A stretch of DNA of 64,000 nt. Origin: Chiloscyllium plagiosum (Eukaryota). Made by a program: the position numbers and the translations under genes. Below, in pieces: positions 48,041-61,294 of this stretch. The stretch lies in assembly GCF_004010195.1 (NCBI RefSeq), contig NC_057718.1, positions 32,132,791-32,196,790 of the forward strand, written 5' to 3'. Position 1 is the first letter of the stretch, and the number at the start of each line of letters is the position of its first letter. The notes beneath the pieces are model-generated. The model worked only from the letters and a program-made list of their open reading frames with translations. It did no database searches and had not been told where the DNA came from.

Positions 48041-48404
48041 ATGTCAAAGTGGATGGTTGGGTCCATTGGCACGCCCTCTGCAGCTTGCACTCATATAAAA
48101 CAGTGGAGTGATGGCAAAGTACAATTTGAAAATGTGCCTAAGGCAGGAACATACCGTCATCTGAGTGCTCATTCCTGTGGCCTCAATCATTTCTGGGTCA
48201 GTATTTTACAGCACTTTTCCTTTAGAGAATGTGTGAAATGTAGCTGGCCCTGTTGCTGCTTCCTGTTATGTTCAAAATTGAAAAAAAGAAATTTCTGGAG
48301 CAACTTAGTAGGTCTGGCAGCATCTGTGGAGAGAGAAACAGAGTTAACATTTCGAGTCCCATATGACCTTCATAATTGCAAAAATATTTTGAATGATCAT
48401 GTTT

Positions 48405-48580
48405 AGGCACGTAATGGTCACCTCTGGAGCAGGTGAGACTTGAACCCAGACCTTCTGTCCCAGAGATAGAGACATGACCACTGCACCACAAGAGCCCTTC
48501 TCGAATTTAGATATTTTTAATCAATCTGTTTAGACAAGTTATAACAGGTGGGACTTGAACCCAGACCTACTGGTCTTCAG
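48405..48580 (-). mobile_element. tRNA-like SINE head(s); another copy at 60715-60790
   Basis: Reverse strand gggctcttgtggtgcagtggt...ctgggttcaagtctcacctgc has A and B boxes, and the B-box unit is repeated. Confidence 0.55.
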
Positions 48581-49194
48581 ATTAATTGACTATCTCAGAT
48601 TTATTGTACTTTGAACTTCATTACAAACTTTGGCTATTATAATTATTTGTAATCACTAGGCATTCAGTCACTGATTTAGTGTCATGCACTAAATGACGAA
48701 TGAGAGCAAGTGACTAGAGTACTCAAATGAAATAACAGAATGTGAAACAAACATTCCCAGTTGATAAAGAGCAGTGACTAGAGATGGGAATGTGGGTGGA
48801 AGAGAGAACTGACAGGGATAAAGGCCATTGACGTGTGCATTCAAATGTCATTTCTGTTGTGGAGGTGAGTGTTATATACCAGTGTAAATAATGTGTGGAA
48901 AAAGAAACAGATTTGTGAAGAATAACATGCAACACAGATTTGAAGATGGGATGACATGCGCTGAGTAATTTTGAGGGGCTTAACAAATGTTACTTTCGAC
49001 TCAAAGGCACCTGTGCTGCCTTTGGAAAAATTTTGTTTTCTTTCCCCTCACAGTTTCTCTTTTTTTTGCATAGATTTCAAAATCTATGCTGAGCTACATG
49101 TACAAATGCTGATTTACCTCTGGTATTTCAGTCAACCCTCCATGATACCTGTTTGTTGATAATTCTGGCCTTTTGAGCATCTTTGATTTTAATT

Positions 49195-49430
49195 AATCTT
49201 CCTTTGATGGCTTTTCCTTTAGCTGCCTGGGTAATAAACTCTGGAGTTCCCTCCTTAAACCTCTCTGTTTCATTATCTCACTTTCCTTTTGTAGGACATT
49301 CCTTTTAACCAAACTTTTTGCACTCATATCTTCTCATGTCATTACGTGTTATGGTTCATTCTACAATGACTGTGTGCAGAACGTTGGGATGTTTTATCAC
49401 GTTAAAGATGCTATATAAATGCAAGTTGTG
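49195..49430 (+). mobile_element. L2 LINE 3' end
   Basis: tttagctgcctggg..ctctggagttccctcc..aaacctctc; ends ttgggatgttttatcacgttaaagatgctatataaatgcaagttgt. Confidence 0.7.
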
Positions 49431-51174
49431 ATTCCAGATAGATAAATATTGGAAGGCACTTCAGCTATGAAGTGTATCATATGTCTGCCTCATTCTGTCG
49501 TCAGCTAGCATTTACACAGACAGCAGGGACAGAAATCTCACATATGTGTGGGCATTCTGACACTTGGCACATGTTGCAATGCAATCTTCTAGAAGGCACT
49601 CTCCCAATTTCCACCTCGGTGCTTGCCATCCTCTTACTGATATGAGATGGACTCCTGATACTGCATGTCCAATCGTTCTGGAGAGGTGGGCAATGCCTGG
49701 ACAGGTTGGTAAATTCATGGGTACCTCAAAATGGAGATTTCTTTCCTGGCACTTGCAGCCTTTCAGCCACTTCACTGAGGAATGGCACTTCCGCCAGCAA
49801 AGCTATCCAGCCTGCAGCATGGAGACCACAGCCAATGAACTGGCAGGTGCTGAACACCATGGGGTTTTATCCACTAGTGAGCGAGTTTGCAGCGGTGTTG
49901 CAAAATTGCATGTCATTGGAACCTGAATCACCCTTAACATGCTGTTCACCACCATTGTCCAGCCACCCATCCTGTCATCAGCTCCCACCTTGGCACTGCA
50001 TTGCAGAGCTGGGAATGCATTAAGCACCTGTTCCAACATAGGCCAGGAAAATCTCACCTCCCCAAAATTAGTGAACTGGGATCATTTCTGGGTTTTTTTC
50101 TAGCATTGGAACATTGAGGAAATTTGTGTTCCTCCCCCTTTACTGCTCTGATTGAAATTTGTGGACCAAGCTTGGGTGTTCTCTTGTCTCAGTAGCCCCT
50201 GCGCCATGGAAATCTCTTCCAAAAGAACTGAGCATTAAGAATGATAAAGCAACAGGAAGCAGCATTGCTTTGTGATGGTTTTTCCTTTATTGCTGTTATC
50301 AGCACCTAAATTAGTTCGCCATCCATGGCAATGGACAAAGTAAATCACAGATGCATTATAAGATAAACATTTGAGCTCCAATTGTTGCAAATATAGTAGC
50401 TTCTATTATGGTACACCAAACTGAAAATATCCAAGTAGAACTGCTATCAACATGCATTCAAGACTTGTTATCGCACTGAAGTACACTTACATCTTATCAT
50501 TGTTTTTTTATATACAGATACATAATACAAAGGTTAAGATGTAATTCCGCACTTGAGTGCATTTGAGTGCTTCATATCAGTATTATATGAGGACAGTCAG
50601 TGACCTTGAAATATTTGCTGTGGGCTAGTGTCTGGATCAATTGCTATTCAAACAGTTTGATTTTTCATGACCATTTCACACTTAATTACATCAGCTGATC
50701 ACACACAGCATAAAAACTCTTCCTGTGAGGACATGCCTGGCCATCCGGCATTGACAATCAAGTGTATCAATACATATTGTTATCGCACTGAGAAAGTAAG
50801 GATCTCTGTTTCGTTCATGGCTCTGGGAACGCAGTGCGGGAAATTTTGACAATATACAGAGGAAATTATTCTCCAGGTATGGAGGAACCAGATGCAAATG
50901 TAAACACTGTGAGGTGTTGTGTTTGCTCACCAGCAAGTTGTGCTTGCCTATATTTTATTTTATCATAAGTCTGTTAAAGATGATGGTGATGAACAATTAC
51001 CATGTTAGTTCATTCATACAGTAAAGTCTCTCAATGGTCCAGATTAGCAGCCAACCTGTTTAAATGTTTACTTTGAGCACCAATACAAAATTCCATTCAA
51101 TGTGTTGACCACATTTTGTGTGAAGAAAGTCTTGAGATCTTATCATTTTTTAAAATACAGATACATAATAAGAA

Positions 51175-51502
51175 GGGCTCAGTGGTTAGCACTGCTGCTT
51201 CATAATGCCAGAGACCTGGGTTCGATTCCAGCCTTGGGTGACTGTTTGTGTGAAGTTTGCAGATTCTCCCCGTGCCTGCTTGAGTTTCTTCCGGGTGCTC
51301 TGGTTTCCTCCCACAATCCAAAGATGTGCAGGTTAGGTGAATTGGTCATGCTAAATTGCCCACAGTGTTCAGGGATGTTTAGGTTAGATGTATTAGTCTG
51401 GGGAAAACATAGGGGAATGGGTCTGGGTGGGTTACTCTTCAGAGGGTCGGTGAGGACTTGTTGGGCCGAAGAGTCTGTTTCCACACTGTAGGGATTCTAT
51501 GA
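51175..51502 (+). mobile_element. HE1-type V-SINE
   Basis: ggctcagtggttagcactgctg...ggttcgattcca...ccacactgtagggattctatga. Confidence 0.93.
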
Positions 51503-51909
51503 CAGTGAACAATGCATCGTTTGCTTGAACTGGTGTTCCAGAGTATTTTTTCCATGTCATGTAAGGTCAAATGACTCCAACAAGAGAGAAACCTAAGGGT
51601 AGTATTTTCTGCTGCCTTGAGGAGTGTGGGCAATGGTGAGAAAGTTGGGAAAATATGGTGATGATGGAAAAATCAATTTTTTGATTTTGAGGAAAGGTTT
51701 GTGATGTTCCCCCTAGGGTATAAACGGTGGATTCAAATTCTCGCTCATGACTGGTGACGTCCTTATTTCTACAAATAGCATCTCATTATCAGGTAAACGT
51801 GTCTCATTTCTATGCAGTTTCCAAGTTTTCTCTCCTTCCTCAGGAAGTTAGACAGCCCCAGTAGCTGAAGTGAAAGTTGGAGGGTTTACTTGGCAACAGT
51901 AGCTTGCTT

Positions 51910-52038
51910 AGAGAAAGTGAGGACTGCAGATGCTGGAGTATCAGAGTTGAGAGTGTGGTGCTGGATAAGCACAGCAGGTCAGGCAGCATCCGAGGGGCAG
52001 GAGAATCAACGTTTCCGGCATAAGCCCTTCATCAGGAA
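51910..52038 (-). mobile_element. PLE terminal repeat with hammerhead motif (52003-52038)
   Basis: Reverse complement ttc-CTGATGA-a-gggc ttat gccg-GAAA-c-GTT-gattc. Confidence 0.8.
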
Positions 52039-52049
52039 CAAACTTGCTG

Positions 52050-53450
52050 CTTGTTTCTCCAGGCCTTCAGACTCTTCCACTTACACCACCCTATTCGTGC
52101 ATACTTCATGGACACCAACCCTTCTTGTCCATTGTCCATGCAACTGGGCATCACCAGACCACTAGCCTCACCACTTCATCATCATGGCAGCTTTCATATC
52201 AGTGCAAACACCATTTCAACCTGCCATGACTTTACTTTGTAGCTCAGGGACATCTATCCATTGTATACTTCTTCCAGGTCACTTTGGCCAGAGGGATACA
52301 TATACACACTTCTCATCCATCTGCACTAGTTGCATCTTATGACTCTTAAGTTACTTTAGTGCTTGCTCATTTTACGTTTTCTCAGAGGTCTCTGTGGCAA
52401 ATCTCTTATTGCAGTGGGAGGTCAGGCAGCATATCCTCATGGTTTGAAGCACTAAACGTCTAGGGAATGGACATGTTGCTGCTACATCAAAGTGTGAGCA
52501 CTTTATGCAACAGCCACAATGCAAATGCTCCATCAAATGGCCTTGTCTAAATGTCAAAGGGAACCAGTCCTTAGTGGGGTCAAGGGGGCTATTGTCAATC
52601 AGTGGGTCCCAGTGCAGTCAGTCAAAAGATTTATTCACTTCCTGTCTAGCGTGTTGGACATAGTCAGTCCTCCACATCACTCTTTTACAGATAGGTCTCT
52701 GAGGAGGCAATAGAGATATAGCCTGAAGAGTGTGGGATTTGAGTGGGGACAGCATTTTCTGCAATAATACAAGGAAAGCATTGAGAATGATGCAAATGGG
52801 TAGAGGAGCAGTTAGCTATGATGCATGAACAGGAGAGGTGATAAGAGCAGTGAGTAACTAGGAAGCACAGAGGACAAGTAGAGTTGGTAGTTTGGGAGGA
52901 TAAGGTGGATGAGAACCATTGAGTGAACATGGTGATGGGATAATAGAATTGTTGTCCATGAGCTGTGGTGAGGTGAATGTGCAGTGGCAGAGTTAAAATG
53001 GTGGCAGCTTGGTGAGTGAGATAGCAGAAAGAAAGATGGCGGCACTTAGCTTTGCAGAGCAAGGAAGGTCACTAACATTCGTTATGCACTGCTGTGAGTT
53101 GAGTTTCTTCGGGACATTTGATTGATTCATGCTGCTACCTGGGTACACCTTGTTGAGTCTGGTTGTGGTTTGACCTCCTTTGCTAGTCAACAGAAAAAAG
53201 CACTGCCATCCTCTCCATCACCCCATCAACCAGCAGCTCCCTGTTAGTGAACCAAGGAGTCAACACGCCTTTCTGGGTAATCTCATCGGGATAATGGTGG
53301 AGGACTGTAGTGTGAAGGGTTGCTCCTGGCTTGCAGTGCCTGAAGTACATTGGAGCAAGGGTTTAACTATGGTGCCAGCAGCATAAATGTCACAAAGTCC
53401 TGGCAGCAGTGATAGAGAAAAAACATCCACAAGACATTCACCCAAAAGGC
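52050..53450 (-). mobile_element. Old PIF/Harbinger-like relic with Myb/SANT-like remnant (~53062-53280)
   Basis: Minus frames TPWFTNRELLVDGVMERMAVLFSVD*QRRS and NSQQCITNVSDL; collinear similarity with 5850-7700. Confidence 0.6.
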
Positions 53451-54829
53451 CAGCTGCATAATTAATGAGCCAAAGAAAATAAGGTAGCTTGGAAAACGTG
53501 GACATGGATCACAGTGGATTGGATTTCATGAATCTCACTCAAAAACCACTTTGTTTAAAAAAAAATTGGGAACATCCTCCTTCAGTTTCTCTATGTAATT
53601 AAACTTCTATCTTGTCTCCACAGTTTGAATGTCTTATATGTCACAGTAACAAAACGTATTCAAAATGTGTTGTGTTTTTCTTAAGCATTTAGATAATGCA
53701 ATTTAAGTATGTCTTTGTCCAATGTTTTATCCATCTATTGGCTAAAGACATTAGCATTCTATTTGCCTCGTTAATTGCTGTAGCACAGTACCTAGCTATA
53801 TCCCCTTTTACATCCCCTTTTAACTGTGACACCATTCGTGAAGTTCACAATCTTTTTAATTCTATATTCAAAATTTACACATGTCCAAATTGAGATTCCT
53901 TGCCATTAATTACATCATGTTGTATTGCTAAAAGCAGAAGATGGAGGTGTTTGGCACCTCAGTATAACTTACTTCAATGAATTGAAGAGAATTTTACAAT
54001 ATGTCAAAGAACACATTTGAGTTATTAGTCGTCTTGGATCCTGGTGCCAAACTCCCTTGAAATGGCTCTGCATGTCTGCGTGTGAGAGTTCAGTGAATAT
54101 GCTTGAAGATAAAGATGAGAAAATCGGGACAATTATCTTGGTGAAAGGGCTCGGGCAACAAAAAAATGTCTGTGCTAACTGTAGCTTTTTGATCAGCATC
54201 TCACTGCTGATGCTTGGTGACAGTGCAGTGTCTGGAGAGCTGTCTGCTTCATTTGCCTGTCTGTGTGGTGAAGATTGGCAGATGGAAAAGTAACGACTCA
54301 GACAGTGACGATAATGTAAGTCACTCAGCTGGACCACCTCAGGGAGCTTTGAGAAACTGTTCTGATAAATTCGAGCCTTGGATACAGCTGGGTCTGCTAA
54401 AACATTGCATCAACAGATACTTAAAGTGGGAATTGATTCCATGGATGCTGTCTGAAGGGCTATAACAAGGACTTGGAATATGATGCAATATGATTTTCCA
54501 GTCTCTGAGCTTGGAATGATATAAATTTAAAAAAAAACTAAGCTGAGGCATACTTTATGAAAATTGTATCTGAATCAACATGACAAGTTCCTAGGATTTA
54601 TGCAACATGTGGGGTGTGCTGAACTATTTCTCTTAACTGATGATCAAGTTTCTGGTGCTCTTATGTTCTGCATAGTTGTAATCAGGATAGATCAATTGAT
54701 ATTCAGCCTTGTGGTTTGGTCTCAACAAATTAAGGATTTGTATTAATCTTTATTGAGATAAAGTAGAGCAGGATTTGTATTTCTGAAACACTTTAGACCT
54801 TAAAGTGCCAGAATGTATATTTTGAAGTT

Positions 54830-55170
54830 TAATCACTGTTATGTCGACAAATATGGCAACCCACTTGCCAGCAGTAAGCACTATTGATAAAAATGGCCAG
54901 ATAATTGGCTTTACTAATGTGTGATGTCTCCAGGTCATTAGACATACTTTAGGATCTTTATTCAATGCCACGAAGTGGCTCATACTTACCTGAATGACCT
55001 GTCTAAGTCTTGGTTTAATATCTTAGTTGAAGGAAAGGGAATTACCAATATAGCACTTACTCCATGTTGTGCAAAAATACTAGCCCAGATTGTGTGATCA
55101 GGTGTGCAGGAGTACTTAAATCCAAGACCTTCTTACTGAGTGACAAGAGAACAACAGAGCTAAACTGATA
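54830..55170 (-). mobile_element. Deu-domain SINE, old
   Basis: ccaggtcattag...ggatctttattcaatgccac...cttggtttaatatcttagttgaagga..agcac...agcccagattgtgtg.. is the reverse of the 21005-21310 layout. Confidence 0.6.
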
Positions 55171-55439
55171 CTGTGTGCTGCTGCATATGCAAAAATGAAG
55201 AACATTAAAACAGTTTTTGTTGTTACTATTTAGTTTAAGCCGATATTATAGTTTTTTTTACATGATTTATTTTTCACTTTGTGGAAGTTTTAATTTCTGT
55301 ATTTTCATTTTGCATTTGAGAATGATTTACGTCGGTTGCAATGACATAATGTAAGAAGGACATTTGGCTGTAGAGTCAGAAAGTCATGGAGTCATGAGCA
55401 CAGAAACCGACCCTTTCGTCTAACTCAGTTTGCACACTG

Positions 55440-55536
55440 ACAAAATCAGAACATGCTGAAAAACTCAGCAGGTCTGGCAGCATCTGTGGAGAGAAAGCAG
55501 AGTTAACGTTTTGGGTCCAGTGACCCTTCTTCAGAG
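55440..55536 (-). mobile_element. PLE terminus with decayed hammerhead
   Basis: Reverse complement CTGAAGA-a-gggtc actg gaccc-AAAA-cgtt-aact (G12 lost, consistent with CpG decay). Confidence 0.7.
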
Positions 55537-56409
55537 CAGTCTGCACTGTGATGCTCATTGCTGACAACACCTTGGCTGAAATAAAAATTATTTTTTATGC
55601 TTGTTGCATAATAGTAGTATTGAGCCAAAAGAATTGTACCAAAGAAAGAAAACAAACAGAAGACAATGGTTTATGTAGCATTGCAGCATATCTTTGAGAG
55701 GGATTTTACAGTGATTTATTTCAAACTGTGGTGACTTATCTTTGTTAGAAAAGCATTAGTGATTTTTCAATTGATTATCTGTCTCCGAGTTATTTGTGAA
55801 GTAGGCAACAAAAGAAAGCAGTAATTTTGTGTTGCTGGTCATGATAACATTTAGTGCATCTCACAATCTAATGTGTGTTGACTACATATTAATATCAATA
55901 TGCTATGAACCAAAACTGTGAGACAGACACAATTGAACAGCAGTCCGCGGAATGGAAAAGCAGGATCTCATGTGTAATCTCTGTCAGTCAATCAGCTCCA
56001 TTTGTGATGCACAGATCTGCACATAGATTTCCTTTGTGGTCACTTTAGCATGTGCTGTTTTCCTGCTTCATCCTACATCTCAAAATCAGCATTGTGCTAA
56101 TTTACAAAGATTTTCCAGAAAAGTGGGACCCTCAGTTAGATCATGAAATAAATGTCATTATTGGTTAGTGTAAAAGTTAGGGAAAAAATTGTCAATGATT
56201 CTGAGTGTGGCTGTCAATGGTAAAGCCAGCATTTCTTGTCCATTTATAATTGTCCTCAAGAAAAAAATGGTGAATCATCTTCTTGAACCATTGCAGCACA
56301 TTAACTGTTGATGAACCCAAAGTACTGTTCTTTGGGGAGTCCCAGGATTTTTTGTCAAGCAACCATAAAGAAAAAAATAACTTTCCAAATCAGACTTAAA
56401 GGTGAACAT

Positions 56410-57530
56410 GCAGGCGGTCCCAGTAATGAAAAGCTTAACATATGAGAAATTTTTGAGGACTCTGGGTTTATACACAATGGAGCTTAGAAGGATGAATGGG
56501 GATCTAATTGAAACATACAGAATACTGAATGGCCTGGACAGAGATGATGTTGGGAAGGTGTTGCCATTGGTGGGCGAGACTAGGACTCAAAGGAATAGCC
56601 ATAGAATAAAGAGAAGACCTTTTAAAACTGAGATAAGGATAAACTTCTTCAGCCAGAGATGGTGAATCTGTGGAACTCATTGCTACAGAAGGCTGTGAAG
56701 GCCAGGTCATTGAGTATATTTAAGACTGAGATAGATAGATTCTTGAGTATCAAGGGGATCACGGGTTATGGGGAGAATGGGGTTGAGAAACCTATCAGCC
56801 ATGATTGAATGGTAGAGCAGACTCGATGGGCTGAATTTCTGCTCCTATGTCTTGTGGTCTTATGGCTATGTTCCCATCTTATTTCCAACTGAAGAGACAT
56901 ATAAAAATTGCCAGAAAAAGCAGCAAGCCTGAAAGTTAGGAGCAATTTAGAATTCAGCAGAGGAAGATAACAAGTTTTATCATGAGGGAGAAAGTGGAGT
57001 CTGAGAGTAAAATTGCAGAAAACATAAAAGTGGACTATAAAAGCTTCTGTAAAAATGTGAAGAGAAAAAGATTAGTACGATCAAATGTCAATCCCCTACA
57101 GTTATAATGGGGAATAAAGAAATGGCAGAAGAATGGAACATATACTTTGGTCCTGTCTTCACAAAGGAGGGCACAAATAATCTCGCAGAAATCTTACCAA
57201 GCCAGGGCCTAGTGAGAAAGAGGAATTGAAGGAAATAAATATGAGTGAGAAAATAGTGCTAGGGAAATTAATTGGCTGGTATATCATCAGGGCCTACGTT
57301 CCAAGAATACTAAAGAAAATGGCCCTGGAAATATTGGATGCATTAGTGGTCATTTTCCAAACTTTGACCCACACTTGGGCATTATCAACAGATTGGAGGG
57401 CGACAAATGTAACCCCACTATTTAAAAGGAGGGAGAGCAAAAGCAGAGAATTTCAGATTGGTTAGTGTGACATCAGTATTGAAGCAAATGGTAGAATTTA
57501 GTATAAAGACGTGATAACAGAACACTTAGG
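56410..57530 (+). mobile_element. Two adjacent CR1 fragments (3' end 56410-56870; internal ORF2 56885-57530)
   Basis: LGLYTMELRRMNGDLIETYRIL..NFFSQR; PRILKKMALEILDALVVIFQ..DWRATNVTPLFK. Confidence 0.88.
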
Positions 57531-57879
57531 AAGCATGGTTGTTGGGTGGCCTCCCCCAAGGCTCCTAAGTTCATGGCAGGGTGGATGGGCCAGGCCGGAA
57601 ACACACTACCCCAGTTTAGAGGTCTATTTGCCTGTTTACCCATGCACAGTTCAGCAGTAAAATTCTGCCCGAAATGCATTGGAGTTCCAGTGCAATGTAT
57701 TTGAAAGTTGTTGAGCAAAGATGCCTCAACAGATGGCTTATCCATCTTAGCCACTCCACATAGTGGTTGGATGCTTACTGACAACTGGAAGATTGAAGCC
57801 AGAATATTGCTGAATTGCTACTTTATGTGCCTTCTCATCATCAGTCAGTAATAACAGCATTCATTTTTACACTTGATAT

Positions 57880-58125
57880 GATTTGATTTATTGTGACGTG
57901 TACTTATCTACAATGAAAAGATTTATTTGTGAGCAGTACAGGCAGATATACTAAGCAAGGACATTCACATCATAGGGTACTTGGAGAGTGTGAGGCATAC
58001 AGGTTACACTGCACGGGAGGTGTGTGAAGCAAGATCAGCATTATTTGAAGTCCATTCATCAGTCCAATAACGGCCGGGAAGAAGTTGTTCTCAAACCTGT
58101 TGATGCGTGTGTTAAAGCTTCTGCT
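57880..58125 (-). mobile_element. Rex1/Babar-like LINE 3' end
   Basis: RSFNTRINRFENNFFPAVIGLMNG followed by a 3'UTR and an aataaa(tca) tail on the minus strand. Confidence 0.65.
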
Positions 58126-58199
58126 TACCAATGCACATCCAGGACCATTACCAACCAAACATTGAACTGTATATAGAGACATTAAGACAGAAAAGTGGT

Positions 58200-58500
58200 A
58201 TATTTTTCATAGCATTTTAAAGGAAGAAGCACAGTGATTTAGGGAGGCAATTTCAGAGCCTAGGGCACAGGCCAGCGAAGGCACAGCTGACAGTAGAGGT
58301 GATAATAATCTGGTATGCGCAGAAGCCCAGAATTGGATGTGATTTTGAAGGATTGTGGGGAAGGGTAACAATTTTAGGAAAGGCTTGGGGGGATTTGAAT
58401 ACAAGAATGAGAGTTTTAATACTGAGGGAACAGGACCCAATACAGGCTTGTGAGCACAAGTTTGATGAGTGATCAGGATTTGGAGCAAGTTAAGCTATGC
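58200..58500 (-). mobile_element. L2 LINE fragment
   Basis: IKTLILVFKS motif; gggaggcaatttcagagcctaggg is the reverse of the L2 3' region. Confidence 0.6.
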
Positions 58501-58544
58501 TGTTTGTTTTATACATTAGCAATTTGGGTAGTAGTGGGTAGTGT

Positions 58545-58900
58545 GGAGTCAAAATGATGTAGATAGGTTGGTGGAATGGGCAGAAAGGTGGCAGGTACAG
58601 TGCAATTCTGATAAGTGTGAGGTAATGCATTTAGGGAGGTCAAACAGTCAAAATGAATAAACAATAAATGGAAATATACTGAGAGGGGTAGATGAAGTGA
58701 GAGATCTTGGCATGCACAGGCCTCGAAAGGGAGCAGTACATAAAGTTAGGGTTGTACAGATGCTCTCATTCATTGGCAAAAGAACAGAATTCAAAAGTAG
58801 GGATATAATGAAACTGTATAAGACACTGGTGAGGCCACGACTGGAATATTGTGTGCAGTCCTGGTCACCGCATTCCAGGAAGGACAGATCAGCATTGTCA
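58545..58900 (+). mobile_element. CR1 LINE fragment
   Basis: LYKTLVRPRLEYCVQSWSPHSRKD. Confidence 0.88.
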
Positions 58901-59689
58901 AGATGGGCCCAATGACCTCTTTCGGTGAGCAACAGAGTTTTGGATGAGCTCAAGTGTACGGAAGATGAAAGATGGCCAGAAAAGCATTGGAGTAGTTGAG
59001 ACTAGCAGGATGTGAAGCATGTGTGGACGGATTCAGCAGCAGATGAGCTGATCCAAGTGGCTTTGGTGGAGGGCTTAGTCATACAATTGGCATTAGGTTT
59101 GTTCTTATAACAACATGTCCTTTGCATATTTAGCTCCTGGAATGCTGATATTTGTCATTTCTGCAAGGGCTGTTTTGAAAACCATGCTGCTGAGAAACGC
59201 TGTAAAAAAGATTTATTGGAATAGATCCAGAAATGTAGAGCACAGACGGCAGTCGGTCTGGGTATGACAGCGTCTATCCTTTCCACTCTTCTGGTGCTTC
59301 AGAAACCGGAAATTTAATTCATAACTAAATTGTGTTCTTCGAAACCATTTTTTGAGATTCAGTAAAGGAGTTTTGATTGAAGATTAAAGTTTTAGGCATT
59401 GATGAAGCACAAATGTCAGTCTTGCTACATGCTAGCTTTGCTTCATTTTTAACCTGAAGGGATCCAAGGAAGAGGTTGATAGGGCTTGCTGACATTCCTG
59501 TTAGTGTTTGCATGCGTGAGTTGTGACTGTCATATTGGTCACAGCAGGACAATCTGCTTTTGAATAAATTGACTAGTTCTAAAATTAAAATGGGATTTTT
59601 CTTTTGAGCTGAGCGCCATGTTAATTGTGCCAACTTAAATTGTTTGCACAGTGTCGTTTCATTTTAATGCATGATCCCTTCAATACCAT

Positions 59690-60500
59690 CAGTCCCACTG
59701 TAAGCCACAGTCTTAATAACAGTTGCTCCAATTGTGTCTAACACTGTCAGCCACGCTGTCACCATCCAGCCAAATCCTGCTGCTAACTGTTAGTTGTGTG
59801 TCACCTGCAAGAGAGAGGAAGTGAGTTTGTGAATGTTGAGCCATGTTTTTGGGTGATGCAGCTATCATAGTTGAATAGCTTGCAGTATGTTTGAGATGTG
59901 TACGTGAGACCTGCACCAGTACCAAGTGTGTGATAGTGAGGTGAAGCATGCGGATATCCTGATTGATTGAGATTGTTGACTGGGAGCAATGAGGGTGTGG
60001 TGAATTGAGCTGTGCCTGAGATGAGTGGTGAAGTTTGTTAGCCATGGCATTTAAAGAATCATGTGGAGACCTTGACCATTTGAGTGAAGTCATTGAACCT
60101 TGTTGTACCACTGTATCCAGGTTCCAGCAGTTTCCATCCTTGCACTGGCCTCTGTGGCTATCTGCTTTCACTGTCTTCCAAGCATGTTACTAGCAAGCTT
60201 CCTAGTCCCCTGCTTACACAGGACATTTCTCCTCCTTTCCATCTTTGCTGCAAACTCTGAAAACATTGGTACCTACACGGACATGTATGTGCCAGGCTTC
60301 AATGTTTCACAGATCAATTCCTGCATGACTGCTTGTACCTGCTCCAGCCACAGTGCACCTCTCTTTAAAGAGCTACATTCTTGCTTTGAATTGTGCAGAT
60401 CCCTCATAATATTGGCCTTTACTGATGCATCTAACCATTCAACAGCACTGTTAGTGCTGGCAAGACACATTGATATGGGCAGGCGGCGCAAAGTTTGATA
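59690..60500 (-). mobile_element. PIF/Harbinger-like relic with Myb/SANT-like remnant (60070-60269)
   Basis: PMFSEFAAKMERRRNVLCKQGTRKLASNMLGRQ*KQIATEASARMETAGTWIQWYNK/FNDFTQMVK. Confidence 0.7.
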
Positions 60501-61294
60501 TTGTCATTTGGGACACTTCAATGTGTTAAAGGGTGTAAAATACAAGTTGTTGGCTGGATGAATTCAGGGGAGAGGAAAGAATAGATAGGATTAGAGGGAG
60601 TAAGATATTTGTAATTAATTTCTCCCAAAATCTGGAAGACCACACGAACTATGATTTAAAATGGCTTTTTTTGAGAAACCTCAGGTGATTTCTAAGTAAT
60701 CTGTTTAGAGATGGTATGTAGGAGGTGAGACCTGAATCCAGGCCTCCTTGATCGAGTTAGAGACACTACCACTGCACCACAAAGGAGCCTTCTAACTTTC
60801 TGATTTGTACTCAGATGTGTTGTCTGTTGCACCACTAGCCTTGGCTGTTTTTAGAAACTGTATACTTGGTTAAAACTGGACATTTATAGGAAGCCAACTT
60901 AATGCCACCAATGGGGGCTCCTCATCGTGGCTGGACGGATAAAGCTGTGGAGAGAGTGAGGCAGGTAAAGTAGATGTCAGTTAGGGCCTCTGAAGCAGAT
61001 TTTAAATCATTCACAATGCAAGCTTTGAAGTTACGTAAACACAGAGAAACGTTTGCACCATGCCTGATTTTAACCCTATAAACTTAACAGATCCACTTCA
61101 TTACTATGAGTGTAATGTACTGGTATGTTTTTGTGTTCATTAAAAGGTGAGAGTGATGTGTTGGGGAATAAACCACTTTAATGTGTTTAGAAATAACTGT
61201 CAGCATCAAACATTTAGGTTACTAGGAGTTAAGAGCATAATCAGTTTGACTTATTAATATGTCTTGCATGCTAATAAAAATGATATCAAACCAA

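Noticed and set aside
48428..48498. tRNA gene
   Set aside because: A/B boxes are present but no convincing cloverleaf; repeated degenerate copies indicate a SINE head
48661..48702. Small hairpin (atttagtg/cactaaat plus cattc..gtca/tgacgaatg)
   Set aside because: Short, bulged and AT-rich; no IRE, SECIS or histone stem-loop consensus
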